From the NCBI GenBank assembly GCA_004431415.1, contig QPMI01000195.1, positions 143,790 through 207,789 of the forward strand: a stretch of DNA of 64,000 nucleotides, read 5' to 3'. The DNA comes from Cyanophora paradoxa CCMP329 (Eukaryota; Plantae; Glaucophyta). The stretch's first letter is position 1; each line of letters begins with the position of its first letter. A model generated the notes under the pieces. That model was not told where the DNA came from, did no database searches, and saw only the letters and a program-made list of their open reading frames with translations. Positions 34,251-46,144 of this stretch are shown piece by piece. Made by a program: the position numbers and the translations under genes.

Positions 34251-36329
34251 GCGTCGCCAGCAGGCCGCCTCGCAGCGAGATCTAGAGCGCAAGCGGGGAC
34301 CGTAGTCCGCAGCGTAACGCGCCACTGGGGTAGCGGCAGCACTGCGGTAGCGGAAGCGCCAGCCTGGCAGCTGCAGCTGCGGGCGCCGGCTGACTCGAGC
34401 TCGCATGCGCACTGCGGCACTGCCAGGCTGCGGCTGTACTGCCACTGCAGACTGCGCATGCCGTGCCGCGCCGCAGCGGCGGCACTGCGGCAGCGGATCC
34501 CCCGGAACTTGGCCGGAAGTGCCCGCCTCAGCGGCCTGGCACTGCGGCAGTGAGACCGCGCGGCGCGGGACCGCGGGTGACGGGTCCGGCGGCTCCGGAG
34601 TCCGGAGTCCGTGTTGCCACTCCACTACGTACCCTTTTGCACCACGTAGCAGAATCGAGTTGGACGGGCCTATTACATGATTGCCGGGGCCCCGTGCCCA
34701 AATCCGCTTTGGGCACGTCGGGGCTAGGGCGCGTCGTGCCCAAAGGCCTGGGCACGGCGGGTAGAGCAGCGTCGTGCCCAAACGACCCCTGACGACGTCT
34801 CTTTACTACGATGAAAGGCGGACCTACGGGGTTGCCGAAACGCCCCCGCAAGCCTCTTTCGACCGTAGCTGCCTGGAGCTTACGAAGATCGCGGCCGCGA
34901 TGCGGTGCGCGATTCGTGGGCTCCCACTGCTCGCGCAGTGTCCTCTGAGCACTGATCGCTCGCTCGCTGGCTCTGCTGAGCCGACGATGGTCCAAGAGAC
35001 AAGTTGCCCGTTGCGCACCGGACCGACCTCGGGCAGCGTGCCCGGGCGGCTTGCGCCGGTGCGCACCTCACGATCTGAGGCTGTTGTCCCTCCCCCGTAG
35101 TCGCTAGCTGGCCGGATGAACCGCTGTTGCTGCGCCACCGCGTAGACGCGCCGCACTCCTACGGCCTCGGCCGGCACAGCTGTTGTTGACAGCTGGCTAG
35201 CACGGAGTGCCCGTAGAGTCTCCGGCGAGGGTATTGCCAGGCTAGATAGCTGGCAAGGTGGTGTATTGGGGGTACAGATGGACTGAGCTACAGGGGTACA
35301 GGGCTACAGGGACTTGGACAGTATATCACTGCTGCAATACGAATTCGGCAATTTTACTACGCGGCGATTTAAGCCGGCGATTTAAGCGCTAGCGGCGATT
35401 TGAATGAACTTCCTACTACGGTAGTAGTACTGAGTAGTCCTTGCCAGGCTTGAGGCTTGAACGAGTCATTGAATTGAAGTTGTCAACTTGTCAAAGTTGT
35501 CGTCATGCAGCCTGATGCAGGATGATGCAGCAACTAGTACTTGCCAAAACAAACACTTGCACGAACAGTAGCCTGATGCAGGATGATGCAGCAACTAGTA
35601 TTTTGTCGTGAACACGAACACAGGAAGAAAAATACATTTTGCAACGCTCTGCAAAAAAGTGCATTTCAGCCGGCGCGGCGGCGCCTTTGACCGCAATCTC
35701 TTCTTTCTGATTGGTTGTCTGGTCGGTTTGGCCGAAACGATTGGCCAACTCTTACGCCGTCGTGGCATTGTACGCCGTCGTGGCCGATTTATGCATACTA
35801 GTATGGCTGTACTACGGTACGCCGTCGTGGCATTGTACGGACCACAGACTCCACAGTAACGTTAACGGTACGTCGCGAATTTCGGATAAGCTCGCCGAGT
35901 CGGAATAACGTTAACGTGTACATGGAACAGGCAGGAAATTAAAATACTGGGCCGGAAACTAGCTACCGGTATAGCCGCTGAGCTCTCCGGAGTCCGGATT
36001 CCGGAATAACTTGGCGCTCCGAGTCCGCCGGCGCCGGGCCGGATCTGGGCCCTGCATGAGGGCCGATGATGAGGCAAACATTGCTAATACTATGTGATAC
36101 TTTCGACTTCAATGAGGCAAACATGAGGCAAAAAGTCAATTTTCGACTCGAATACTTTTGGACTCCAATAATTATCAGCGTCCAGTATTTTCCTGTTACA
36201 CGGTACTACATTTACATGGAAATGTTCTCGCGATCGCTGTCGTATACTGTACGTACGCGCGCGTGTTCACTGTTCATGATCACTAGCTACGTACGCGTAT
36301 ACAGGGAGCGGCTAGCGACTAGGGTGCAT

Positions 36330-37430
36330 AGATCGAGAGACAACAGAAGCAAAATAATTAAGACAAGAGTACGAAGAACGACACAGAGTACGGAGCACGA
36401 CAAGACGAAGAGCCAAATCCGACAATAAAGGAAGAAAGACACAGAGGCTCTGAGACAGATCTAGATCTAGAAGAGACGATAAGCGAACAAGCACGACGAA
36501 GAACTGTAGGTAACATCATGATCAGCATCGGTCACGAGCATACGTACACGGAAGACAGAAGCGAGTAAGATAAATCACAGGCCCTAAGGAAGCAAACATG
36601 AGAGAGAGGGTGAGGGCCTACCTAAGGAACAACAACACGAAGAGGAGGCAGCTGCAGAGGCGAATTCGAAGGGGGACGATGCGAATGGCCTAGGGGTTGG
36701 GGCGAGTGTCGGAGGACTCAGGCGCGAAAAAAAGTTGCGAGAGCGTCCTGGAAGGCTTGGAGAAGGAGGCGGGCGGGCCTAGGGGGTGGGGCGCGAAGGA
36801 AAAACAAACATTTCAGGGGGATGGGCCGTGCAACGTGGGGTCGGGCGCGCGGGTCTGGGGGGTCGGCGGTGGAGGGGGTGGAGGGCCGGGGAAGGCTGGG
36901 AACGTGAGAGAATCCAGGGGGATAGGCGTGGGCCGTGCAGCGCGAACGTGGGGTCAGGCGGCCGCGGGTCTGGGGGGTCGGCGGTGGCATGGAGGGGGAC
37001 GGTCTCCGGCGAGAGAGGGGGCGGGATCCGGAGAGACCCGCGGTCGGGGGTCACCCGGGGGCGAGGAGGGGATGGCAGGGTCTTCGACGCTGTTGGCCAT
37101 ATGCATGGGAGGAGGGGCGGGCGTGGCAGTGGGCAGTGCCGCCGGGAATATCGAAGACGGAGCCGTTCAGTCATGATCAGGGTCGGGGAGGTGGAGGCCT
37201 AGGGTGATTGTTCTGGAATCGTACTTTACGGAGATGGTCGCCAGTAGCTATAGGGGTGCACTTGCAATTGTCTGAAACAAGCGAGATCTAGATCTAGAGG
37301 GCTGGGGTGAGGGTGGAGTGTGGGCTGCTGAAGATTGCCCACGGCGTTGCGAAGCTGCCTGCTGCACATTTGATTTGCTCGGATAGGTCTGGCCAGGCAG
37401 GAAGGGGGTTGACCGCCCGTATATATATAT
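36330..37430 (-). mobile_element. Second, more decayed remnant of the same LINE family plus probable pyrimidine-rich 3' UTR
   Basis: Shares RQLRNA, GDHLRKVRFQ and ARLLLQAFQDAL coding segments with 835-1310. The UTR assignment for 36330-36690 is an inference. Confidence 0.7.
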
Positions 37431-37613
37431 GACTCCGCGGCCGTCAATGACTCCAAAAATCCGCGGCCGTCAATGACTCCAAAGATCGAGACGCTTGCAA
37501 GCACAGCAAACGTAACGATGAGTGACAGCTGCGCACGACAAGATGTATAGTGAGAGACCTTAGTAAATGACACGGGGGATGGCTAATGGGCCTTAGAGTA
37601 AACGAGATATGTA

Positions 37614-39123
37614 CTAGGGGCCCGGCCGCGTTTGGCGCGCCGGGGGTGCAAGGGGGGAATCGGGATCTAATGAAAGAGTAGTAGTGGCACGAACATGCAC
37701 GGGGCAGATGTAGATCGACCCCGGCCCAGCGCGCGCGGCAGGTTGAAGTAGTAAAGATAGACACAGATTATATATGATTGAAAAGAATAGAAAAGGGCTG
37801 ATATGCAGACGCTGCGATCTAACCGAATAAAGAAAAGCCTGAATGAAAGGCCAGATTCAGCGCACTGTATATGAAAGATTGTTCTGGAGCGGAAAAACGC
37901 TGCGCATCATTTGTGTTCGCGCGGCCTACCCCTAACCCTGAACAGCTGGCTAAAAGATGATGGTGTTGTCTGCAGAGGGCTCGCCGTAAACATAGGCGAT
38001 CCAGGCCTTCTGGAGGGGGTCGAGGCGGAAGTCGCCCATGGGGGTGAGCGGCAGCCAGCGGCGGCGGTCCTGAAGAGAGCCGTCTTGCGAGAGCATGGTG
38101 AGGCGGCCCGCCGCTTCGAGCGCCCGCAGAGCCACGCGGCTGGCGCGCTGCTCGCTCCCGCCGCGCATCTGGTAGACAAGGTCTTGAATTTCGATATCCG
38201 CGAGGCCGGCGTCACGGAGGCGCTTGAGGACTCCCATGTGGAGGTCCTCGATCGCAGGCCTAGGCCTGCCGTGGCAATCATGAACAGAGGTCAGCTATAT
38301 ATGGGCGGTCCACTTCAATGAATTTTCGCGCACCCGACAAAGCGAACGACGAAGCGATGCTGCCGCTCAGCCGCGAGTGCTTCGACGGTCGCTAATTATA
38401 AAGCGAAGGCGACGGCTTGCTCGCGCGTCGGGGGGAAGCCAGCGCGGTCGGGGAGCTCGCGGACGAGGATGAGCAGCGCCTTCTCAGCCGCTCCGAGCAC
38501 GGACACGTGATCCGTCACGAGCGGCAAGCGGTGTGCAGCGGAGCGCCGTGCCCAGCAACCGAGCTGGACTGCTGGCCGGGTGGCAGGCGGCAAGGGCGCA
38601 GGCACGCGGCGCCGGCGCAACGCAGGGCGTACGCGGGGCGCCGACTGAGCAGACAAGCGGCACGTCGTGCGCAACACGCGAACTGGTCTGCTGGCCGGGT
38701 GCGGCGTACGCGCGCGGCGCAGTGCGAGGAAGCGGAAATCTAGAGGAGACAGCTAGAGAGAAGTGGTTCCATGCAGAACCGCGCAACGAAGAGCAAGGCG
38801 TATACGTACGCGGCGCACTGCAGCTGCGAGGAAGCGGAAATCTAGAGGAGACAGCTAGGGAGAACTGGTTCCATGCATAACCGCGTAAGAAATTCGAAGA
38901 CCGGAGTGAGGAGAAGTTCGTTTTCCCCTCGAAAACCACTTTTTCCCCTCGACTTTCATGCTCGAAAGTCGAAAGCTGACCGGTCCACCGAGCCAATCGG
39001 AATGCGAATAAAGCCCCATTTTTTTCTGGTGTTGCAAACTGGACCTCGAAAAACGGCCTCATAGAAAAATTTTGGCTGAAGCGAGGGAACGGGAAGCAAG
39101 GGGGTCCCCTTCCCCCCTTGCAA
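37614..39123 (-). mobile_element. 1510-bp non-autonomous Helitron-like element
   Basis: Inserted at A|T with no TSD, shown by the empty paralogous site at ~39761-39790. 3' hairpin plus CTAG. 5' end TTGCAAGGGGGGAA with an inverted copy at 37647-37659. Confidence 0.85.
37950..38560 (-). pseudogene. Two-exon cargo gene with MarR-like winged-helix C-terminal domain; in-frame TAA at 38396-38398
   Basis: Phase-compatible GT-AG intron 38266-38333. Exon 2 reads VLKRLRDAG...IQDLVYQMRGGSEQRASRVALRALEAAGRLT...QDRRRWLPLTPMG. Confidence 0.55.
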
Positions 39124-40030
39124 TAAACGGTGATAATGAATGGGTCTGCGCCTCTATAGCTAGACCTAGCAAGCACTTATTCTGGATATTCTGACGTATA
39201 CATATATACAGGCACACGGCGCGTGGCGCGCGCGCGTGGCCGCGCAGCGTACATGCGCTGGCCATATGCATGGCATAGCCAGGATAAAACCAGACCGACT
39301 TTCGAATATTTTAATCTGACGGGTGGTATGCATATGCGCAATTGCAAGGGGTGAAGAGCAGCTGACTTGCCCCACCCCTTCTCCCCCGCCTCCCCCCCTC
39401 CCCCCGCCCGCCCCCTTCCCCTTGCAATGATGGGCGATTCAATAATTTCTTTATTTGCGTAGCCAGCACGAAGCACATCGCAATTGCAATTGGAGTAGCT
39501 ACAAGCTTGAGGTCAGCGAAAGCGAAAGGGCGAAAACAATCAGATTAATTTCATTATGTGCCGTCCATGCGCATGCACGTGCACGTGCACGTGCATGTGC
39601 ACATGTTAGAACTGCAATTCGTGGCCGTCAATGACTCCAAAGATCGAGACGCTTGCAATCACAGCGAGCGAAATGATGAGAGACAGCTGCGCGAAACGAG
39701 ATATGCACAGTGAGAGACCTTAGTTAATTACACGGGGGATAGGTAACGGGTCTTAGAGTAAACGAGTTATGTGTAAACGGTGATAATGATTGGGTATGCC
39801 GCAGTGCGCCTCTAGCTACTTGAAGACAGCAACTGTGATCATCGGTGATCTATGATTTGATCGCGCACCGTCGAAAAGGATGCCGCTGCCGAAGTGCCGG
39901 CGTTCGGCCAGTAAGGTACGTATACGAACGAGCTCGCTTCCTGATACACGAAAGCCTGCCACATGTACACGTACACGTATACGTATACGAAAGGAATTCA
40001 GATGTACAATTCTATAGCCAGATTAAGAAT

Positions 40031-43000
40031 TTAGTTCGAGTGAAGAACAAGGCGCACGTTCCCGAGGACGAAGCTCCGGAAGGCAGGAGTGCCAGTGCCG
40101 CTGTCGCTCTCGATGCGGAGGTTGTAGTTCTTGCCGGCGACGAGCTGGAGGAGGAGGCGCGAGTGCAGCTGGCGGCTGTTCCCGCCCCGGTTCGAGTTGA
40201 GCGGCGGGATCTTGAATCGGATCTCTCTGGTTGACACGATGGCCGGCTGCAAATGAATGCACGTCCGCGTATCTCAGCCAAACCAAGCCCACTACTCCAA
40301 CCGAGAGTAGAGAAAAATTGCTTGCCTGAATGGCTGCAATTCGAATCGACGGGTTGACGGGATCCTCGATGTAGATCTTGATGGGTTCTCCGACGGGCAA
40401 GTTTTCACCAAAAATGCTGACGAAGTCGCTTGTGCCGGTCTGCGAGTTCGGAGCATAGGTAAATAGGTTTGAGCCTCGGAGATGTCGTTTAAAATTGCAA
40501 ACACATCGCACCACGGGAGCGGTCACGACGGGCTTGCTGAGCGTCACCTGAACATATGCAAGACGCACTGCATAAGTGCGCGCGACTCTTGATAGCATTT
40601 TAGCTTTGCGCCTATGCATATATCGTTGGCAGCCGACCTTGACGCTGCCGTCCGGTTGGACTGTGCCGCCCGTGACATTGAAAGTAAAGCCGTTGATGGA
40701 GATTTGCACGAGATTGATGACTGGCTGCCGGGTTTCATTGAGGGTTTAGCCTTAGAGCAATATTAATTGTAACACTCGTGATCATTACCAGGGGAGAGGG
40801 CGTCGGCGGCGGGACGGTCGGTGCAGGCGTCGGAAACTCCGCGGACGGAGTGGGGACGGCCGTCGGGCTCGGAGTCGCCACATTGGAGGGAGAAGCTGCG
40901 CGGTAGCCGAGGAAGTGCTTTTTAGAAGGCATACTATGATTTTGAGTTCAAATAAAAAGCAGGGAGCTCGAGGTGCCGGCGCGCACTTGAGGGGCTCGGG
41001 CTCGGGCTCGGGCTCGAGCTCGGGCTCGGGCTCGGGCTCGGGGACGGGCTAGCCGACTGAAGAAAGTATGGCTCGTGATCAATGGCAATATTAATATTAA
41101 TATTAATCGTCGATTTCGAGCGCGTTAATGACGCCAAGGTGGGCTCACGGGCGACGGGCTGGGAGACGGCGTAGGGAAGGCGACTGTAACGTTCAAACGG
41201 TGCGCGTAGATATAGTATTCTCCCCACGCGGCGTAGAACAGCGGATAATCGCGCGTTCCCACGTTCGTGAGACCGAATCCGGCATTCCCGAGGTTAGCTC
41301 CCAGCGCAGGTCTGATCGTGACCATTTGTATGTGCTTCCTCCAGTGAGTACGCATGCACGCGCTATATATATATATATGAAATTTAAAGCAGACGCACGG
41401 AATAACAAAATCGATAGCTTCGTCCACCATTTCAGTGCCAGTCGCATCGAAAGAACGGATCTTAGCGCCTTCTGGATGTTTGACGGAAGAGACAAGGCGC
41501 CAGATTTGGGATCTGCTTGACGTTTTTTAGTTTTTGAATATTTAAAAAAATTTTAAACTGTAAGCTCGATATTTATTAATTTGCGATCCACGCGCACGTT
41601 GTTAACGTTGTCTTCACGATTGCGAGTCCTCTGAACATGGAATCCGCAGCACCAGGAATTATTGTGAAATTCTGAACTTCCACCGCGCCAGACGAAGGAA
41701 CTGTTACCTGCGCGAATTCAAAACGGTCACGAGCGCCTCAATTTTTGAAATTAGCTTGTTCCCGCGTTTGTTTTTGGGAGGGGTGAGGGCATCGCCCCCA
41801 CGGTGTTCACTGCCCAATGCGGTCCCCCCGCCCAGTGGGACGGACAGAGACCTGGTCAGATCCGGCGCCTAGGCGGATACTGCCTCACTGGGCTTGGGCT
41901 GTCCGATTTGGACGAGTGGGTCACTTATTGCACTTGGTGGGATTTGAACCCAGCCTCGGACCGCGCTCCCCACGTAATAACACGTCCGGGATTCGAGCAC
42001 GCGTCTCGGGCTTGCCAAGGAGTGACGTTAACCACTGGGCTATTGCCCCCCCTCTTGTTCCCCCGTTCAAGGCCCCGATTGCAAGCGTACCTTGATGATG
42101 CGGCTGGGAAGAGTATCCCCCGCAGCGGATGAAGTGCGAGATACGCCCGCGTAGAGCACGTCGTTGCCGTTGGCTTCCTGGTCGATGTCCAACGAAGTGT
42201 AGCCTACTTCGTTGTTTCCGAAATTTTCCGAAAGCGCCGCGACGAATGTCTCACTTCCATCTGGAAAAATGAGTTGAATGCGAGATAAATGTGAAATGCC
42301 GCGCAAACCCAGCATTTGCGAAAATATCTGCACCAAGCGAGACGGAGAAGATTTCCGCGCCAAGTTTGCCGGCGTAGTCTGCGCTTGTAAATTGAGACAG
42401 ATGGCGCGGAGTGTTGCAAGTACATGCGGTTCGCTTTGCCAGCACGTATATCTTGTTGCTGCTTGCGCTGAAAGCCATAGCAAAGGGGTCAAGTCTGTAA
42501 TCGGTGTTTTTGGTGTACGGCCCCGAAGATTTGCACGCAGGTTGGGTACTGGGGCACTTGCTCTCCCAAATTCTTTTCATGTAACCAGTCTACGCACGAA
42601 CCCGAATCAGAATCAGCAAACCACAACCCGATAGTCTTCCCACCCGGACGAACCAAAAGATCAAGGTAACCGACGGAGTTTATGCTCCCGATCGCAGCAT
42701 CCGGATTGTCCAAGAAGAGCAGACCCGAGCTCGAGTTCGCAGCAAAGTCGTTCACATAGCTGACGTCGATTGCGAAAGATTCGCGTCAGCTCGACGTATG
42801 TGAATGTAGATATGTGCGGAACTCTTCATCGGTCGCACGTAAAGTAGACGTCCCCGCCAACGGCAGCGACCGATTCGCCGAGCGGAACATCCTTGAAAGC
42901 CGTGCCCCCCGACGCAGGCGCCGTCGGCATTCCAGCCACGAGCTCGGAGCCGCAGGTGGAGTTGACCCTCCAGATTGCGGTAATAGTGCCGACGTAAAGA

Positions 43001-43720
43001 TTTCCTGCACGCGCGTGTTATTATGTCTTCGGGAAGGACTGGTTCTGGTAAAGATATTGATTATGTCGTCGGGAAGGACTGGTTCTGGTTAGTAGTTGAC
43101 TCTAGTAACTGTTGGTGAACAACAATATATATATATATCAAGCATGCGGGACCGGGCACCATCATATGCGTTGTAACGGAGGCCTTCGCGAAACAGTGTT
43201 GTGGGTCAGCAGCAAATTGCAATTAGACTTCATGATCATTGCGCGAGACCAAGCGGCAGCGCACTGGTGAATAGTCCGGTCGAGCCACCCGTGCCAATTC
43301 CTGATCGAGACCATGACAGGAGAAGGGGAGTACGCTAACTCGTCAGCCGCAGTACACATATGCATATGCATGCGCGGGCACGCGTATGCATGCGCGCTGT
43401 ACAAAGGTTCGAATTCCCGCTGGCCATGGCGGGCCGTCTTCGGATCTATCTCTATACACGTATGCATGGCCGCACGTGATCATGCACGCGCATATGTATA
43501 TATGAACTTTATAATTAGCCGCGAGACGAACCAACGACCACGCCATCGGAGCCATTGCCAAAGCAGAAAGTGTAGTTCCCCTGGGCGACATCGTTCCAGG
43601 CCGCGCCAACGGGCAGCGAGGGGATGCCCGGCAGGAGGCGGTCCGAAAGCGCCGCGGTGCTCGCCGCTGATGCGTATGTGGAAAGGGGCGCAATCATGAT
43701 CAGTCCCGATCGCGAGTCGC
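40031..43720 (-). CDS. Multi-exon extracellular glycoprotein: beta-propeller-like repeats, (SP)n/TP rod, IPT/TIG-like C-terminal domain
   Basis: Exons GNLYVGTITAIWRVN, FAMAFSASSNKIYVL, DVLYAGVSR; SPSPSP at 40990-41055; VSIFGENLP...EIRFKIPP...KNYNLRI. Many GT-AG introns. The 5' end is uncertain. Confidence 0.6.
41769..42053 (-). mobile_element. tRNA-derived SINE in an intron
   Basis: Head with A box TAGCCCAGTGG and two B-box-like motifs (GCTCGAATCC, GGTTCAAATCC). 3' stem-loop and A-tail. 14-bp TSD with 1 mismatch (41755-41768, 42054-42067). Confidence 0.88.
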
Positions 43721-44451
43721 ACTGGCGCGCGGGCTTTTCAGCGGGCGCGCACCGACAGTCACGGCGACCACAGCCAGCCAAAGCAAGCCGGGGCGCATCA
43801 TAGGGATTTGGCAGGGAGTGCGCGTCGGCGAAGACTCGGCGTCGAACCACGCGTACGTGCACGTCGTTGATGTGCTACGGGCCTACGGCGCATGCGTCGA
43901 TACTAGTAGTACTCGATACTGCGCATGCGTACGGCGCCGATATCATATATATAGCCTAGTAGTACAAGTTGTACTGTACAACTACTACGTAGTACGTACT
44001 ACGCACGGTACGGCAATTTAATTTCGGCAACTACGTATACTGCCAGGCTGGTACGTAGAGTAACGTAGTACGTACGCCGAGTCGGCGCCGGCGGCGCGCC
44101 GCCGGCGCCGGTGACTCGAGCTCAGTGTGACTCGGCGCCGACTCACTGAGTCACCGGCAACTTCGGCGGCAAGTCGGCGCCGAGTCACCGGCAAGTTGGG
44201 CCGCCAACTACCACCGTACTACGGTACCGGCAGTTGGCGGCGACTTGGCGCCGACTTGCAATTGGCGGCAACCACCGTAGTACCCTGTACATGTAACACT
44301 TAATTAATGCGCCAGATATTAAATGCGTTTTTGAACCCGGACCCCTATCATTAGTATTATGGTGTCTAGAGACTGTACATGTGGCCGGTAGTTCACCAAA
44401 AACCAAATTATGGATATTAATGCGGCACCAAAATTCCTGTTAACGTTATTA

Positions 44452-44575
44452 TTTTTTTTGAGAGACTACGGTGGGGCGAACCCCCCGTAGGTAGTGATAT
44501 TAAGGACAACAAAACAATCACAAATCAAAGATATAGTAAAGTAGCACTGCGGCACAAAAAATACAGAATCAAGAG
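44452..44575 (-). mobile_element. 5'-truncated non-LTR retroposon tail
   Basis: A8 tail, terminal hairpin GGGGGGTTCGCCCCACC, and 14-bp TSD TGTTAACGTTATTA (44438-44451, 44576-44589). A related 3' end lies at ~51020-51073 (+). Confidence 0.8.
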
Positions 44576-44594
44576 TGTTAACGTTATTAATGCG

Positions 44595-46071
44595 GAGAGC
44601 CTTTTGGCAGGGTACCCCCCCGGCGAGCGACGCAGCAAGCCAGCGCCCAGAGCCGCGACTACGGCGTACCAGGGTAGTGGTGCCTTGGAACGGGCTCCGC
44701 AGCGACCCCTGTGCGCGCCGGAAAGCGGCCGGACGTCCCGGCTTCGAGCTCGCCACCCAGCGCTCTCCCACAGCGACAGCTCGGCTGAGCGACGGCTACA
44801 ATCGACCAGAGCACATCGCACGCTCGGCACAGACGCCCCCGGCAACGCTCCGCGCGCGCCCGACGACGCGCGTGCCCACGCTACGTCTCCCGCCCCGAGC
44901 CCCTCGAAGCACATTCGACCGCTAACTTGATCCCTTTCGAGCTCAGAAACGTGCTCAGTCGCGCCGGTAGAACCAGCACTGCGCCTCCGCATCTCCAGCC
45001 GTCGCGCGCCTGCAGCGGCGAACCGCAGACCACAGGCCCTCCACGCGTCGACACACACCGTCCTGCTCGCCAAGGCCTCATCCCGGCCCGCGGCGCCGGC
45101 CGCCCGCGCGCGGCGCCCCGGCCCCGCTTCTAGATCTGCACATGCAAACACTGCGCCCGCGCCCCGCCGGCCGCCGCCGGCGGGCGCGGCGCCCGGCGGC
45201 TGCCGAGCTTCAGATGCCGAGCCATGCATATGCCCTTGCGTCCCTCCCTTCCCCGCTCGCCCGCGCCAGCCAGGCACTGATCCCTGCCTCCCTTCCACCC
45301 AGGGACTCGCCTCTGGAGTCGTTCCTACGTGCAGCCGGTGCCCCTTTCGGCCCTCCCCGCCCGTCCCGGCCCTCGCCAGCCCCTAGCCTCCCCCTTTAAG
45401 ACCTCTGTGTATAGGCATAGGCGCCCCGCCCATGGCGCACCTGTATACGCCACCACGCCCGCCGGACGGCCGGGCCGGAAGCCTCACACTACCGCGCTGC
45501 ATGCCCGGACCGATGCGCCAGCCCACCATTGACGCTGGGTTGCGACCGTCGGCCGGTGCCCTTGCCCGCACGCCCCCCCGGGCTTGGCAACCCCGGGGGG
45601 CGAGAACCATATGCATTGCCTCCAGCGGGCGTGGCGCCCCCGTCTGGCTCGCGCGACAGCCCTGGGGCTCCCTCTTTATAGGCTTGATCTCCCCCCTTCT
45701 GCCCTGCGTTTCTCCTGCGCACGCCTGGACCGCCCCCCTCTCCCCCCTTGGCCTCGAGCTCCTCCGGCCCTTTTTCTCCCTCGGCGCCCTCGACTGGCCT
45801 CCGGATCCGCCGCCGCAGCCGGCTTCCCCATCGAGCCCGTCCCTTCCCTCGACCCTCCGCCGGCGCCGCCGGCGCCGGCTGCATCTACAGCCTGGCCCGT
45901 ATACGTAGCATCGGTATACTTAGCCTAGCTGTAGAAACAGCCCTCTCTCCCCCACCTTTTTGTCGGCGCCTAGCGCCTCCGCACCGCCAGGTCTCTGTCC
46001 GTCCCACTGGGCGGGGGGGCCGAATGAGCAATTTTCACCGTGGGGGCGATGCCCTCACCCCTCCTGAAAAA
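44595..46071 (+). mobile_element. 1.48-kb non-autonomous retroposon sharing its 3' ~85 nt with the SINE
   Basis: 15-bp TSD AACGTTATTAATGCG (44580-44594, 46072-46086), A-tail, and tail CCAGGTCTCTGTCCGTCCCACTGGGCGGGGGG...CACCGTGGGGGCGATGCCCTCACCCCTCC. Confidence 0.8.
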
Positions 46072-46144
46072 AACGTTATTAATGCGCACCCCCAAATTAA
46101 TGCGTTTTAAAGACGCAGTATAACTGGCCCTTAATTTGGCCTTA

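Larger units (their letters stand above)
37460..39820 (-). pseudogene. Two paralogous fragments of a membrane-protein exon region (37460-37613 plus 39124-39160; 39623-39820)
   Basis: After CGCAG acceptors: LSLIVTFAVLASVSIFGVIDG and LSLIISLAVIASVSIFGVIDG. The first copy is split by the Helitron-like element. Confidence 0.55.

Noticed and set aside
28632-34553. Many overlapping ORFs across the GC array
   Set aside because: The unit is ~140 bp (not a multiple of 3) with random indels, so this is a satellite rather than coding sequence.
34780-35240. Possible pol/integrase remnant
   Set aside because: No retroelement motif is recognisable in the frames examined.
43020-43090. Short direct duplication (similar ones at 35506-35600, 37434-37482, 38724-38877)
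   Set aside because: Simple local duplications with no further structure.
44595-44700. HDV-like ribozyme at the retroposon 5' end
   Set aside because: I could not build the P1/P2/P3 nested pseudoknot by eye; a descriptor search would be needed.
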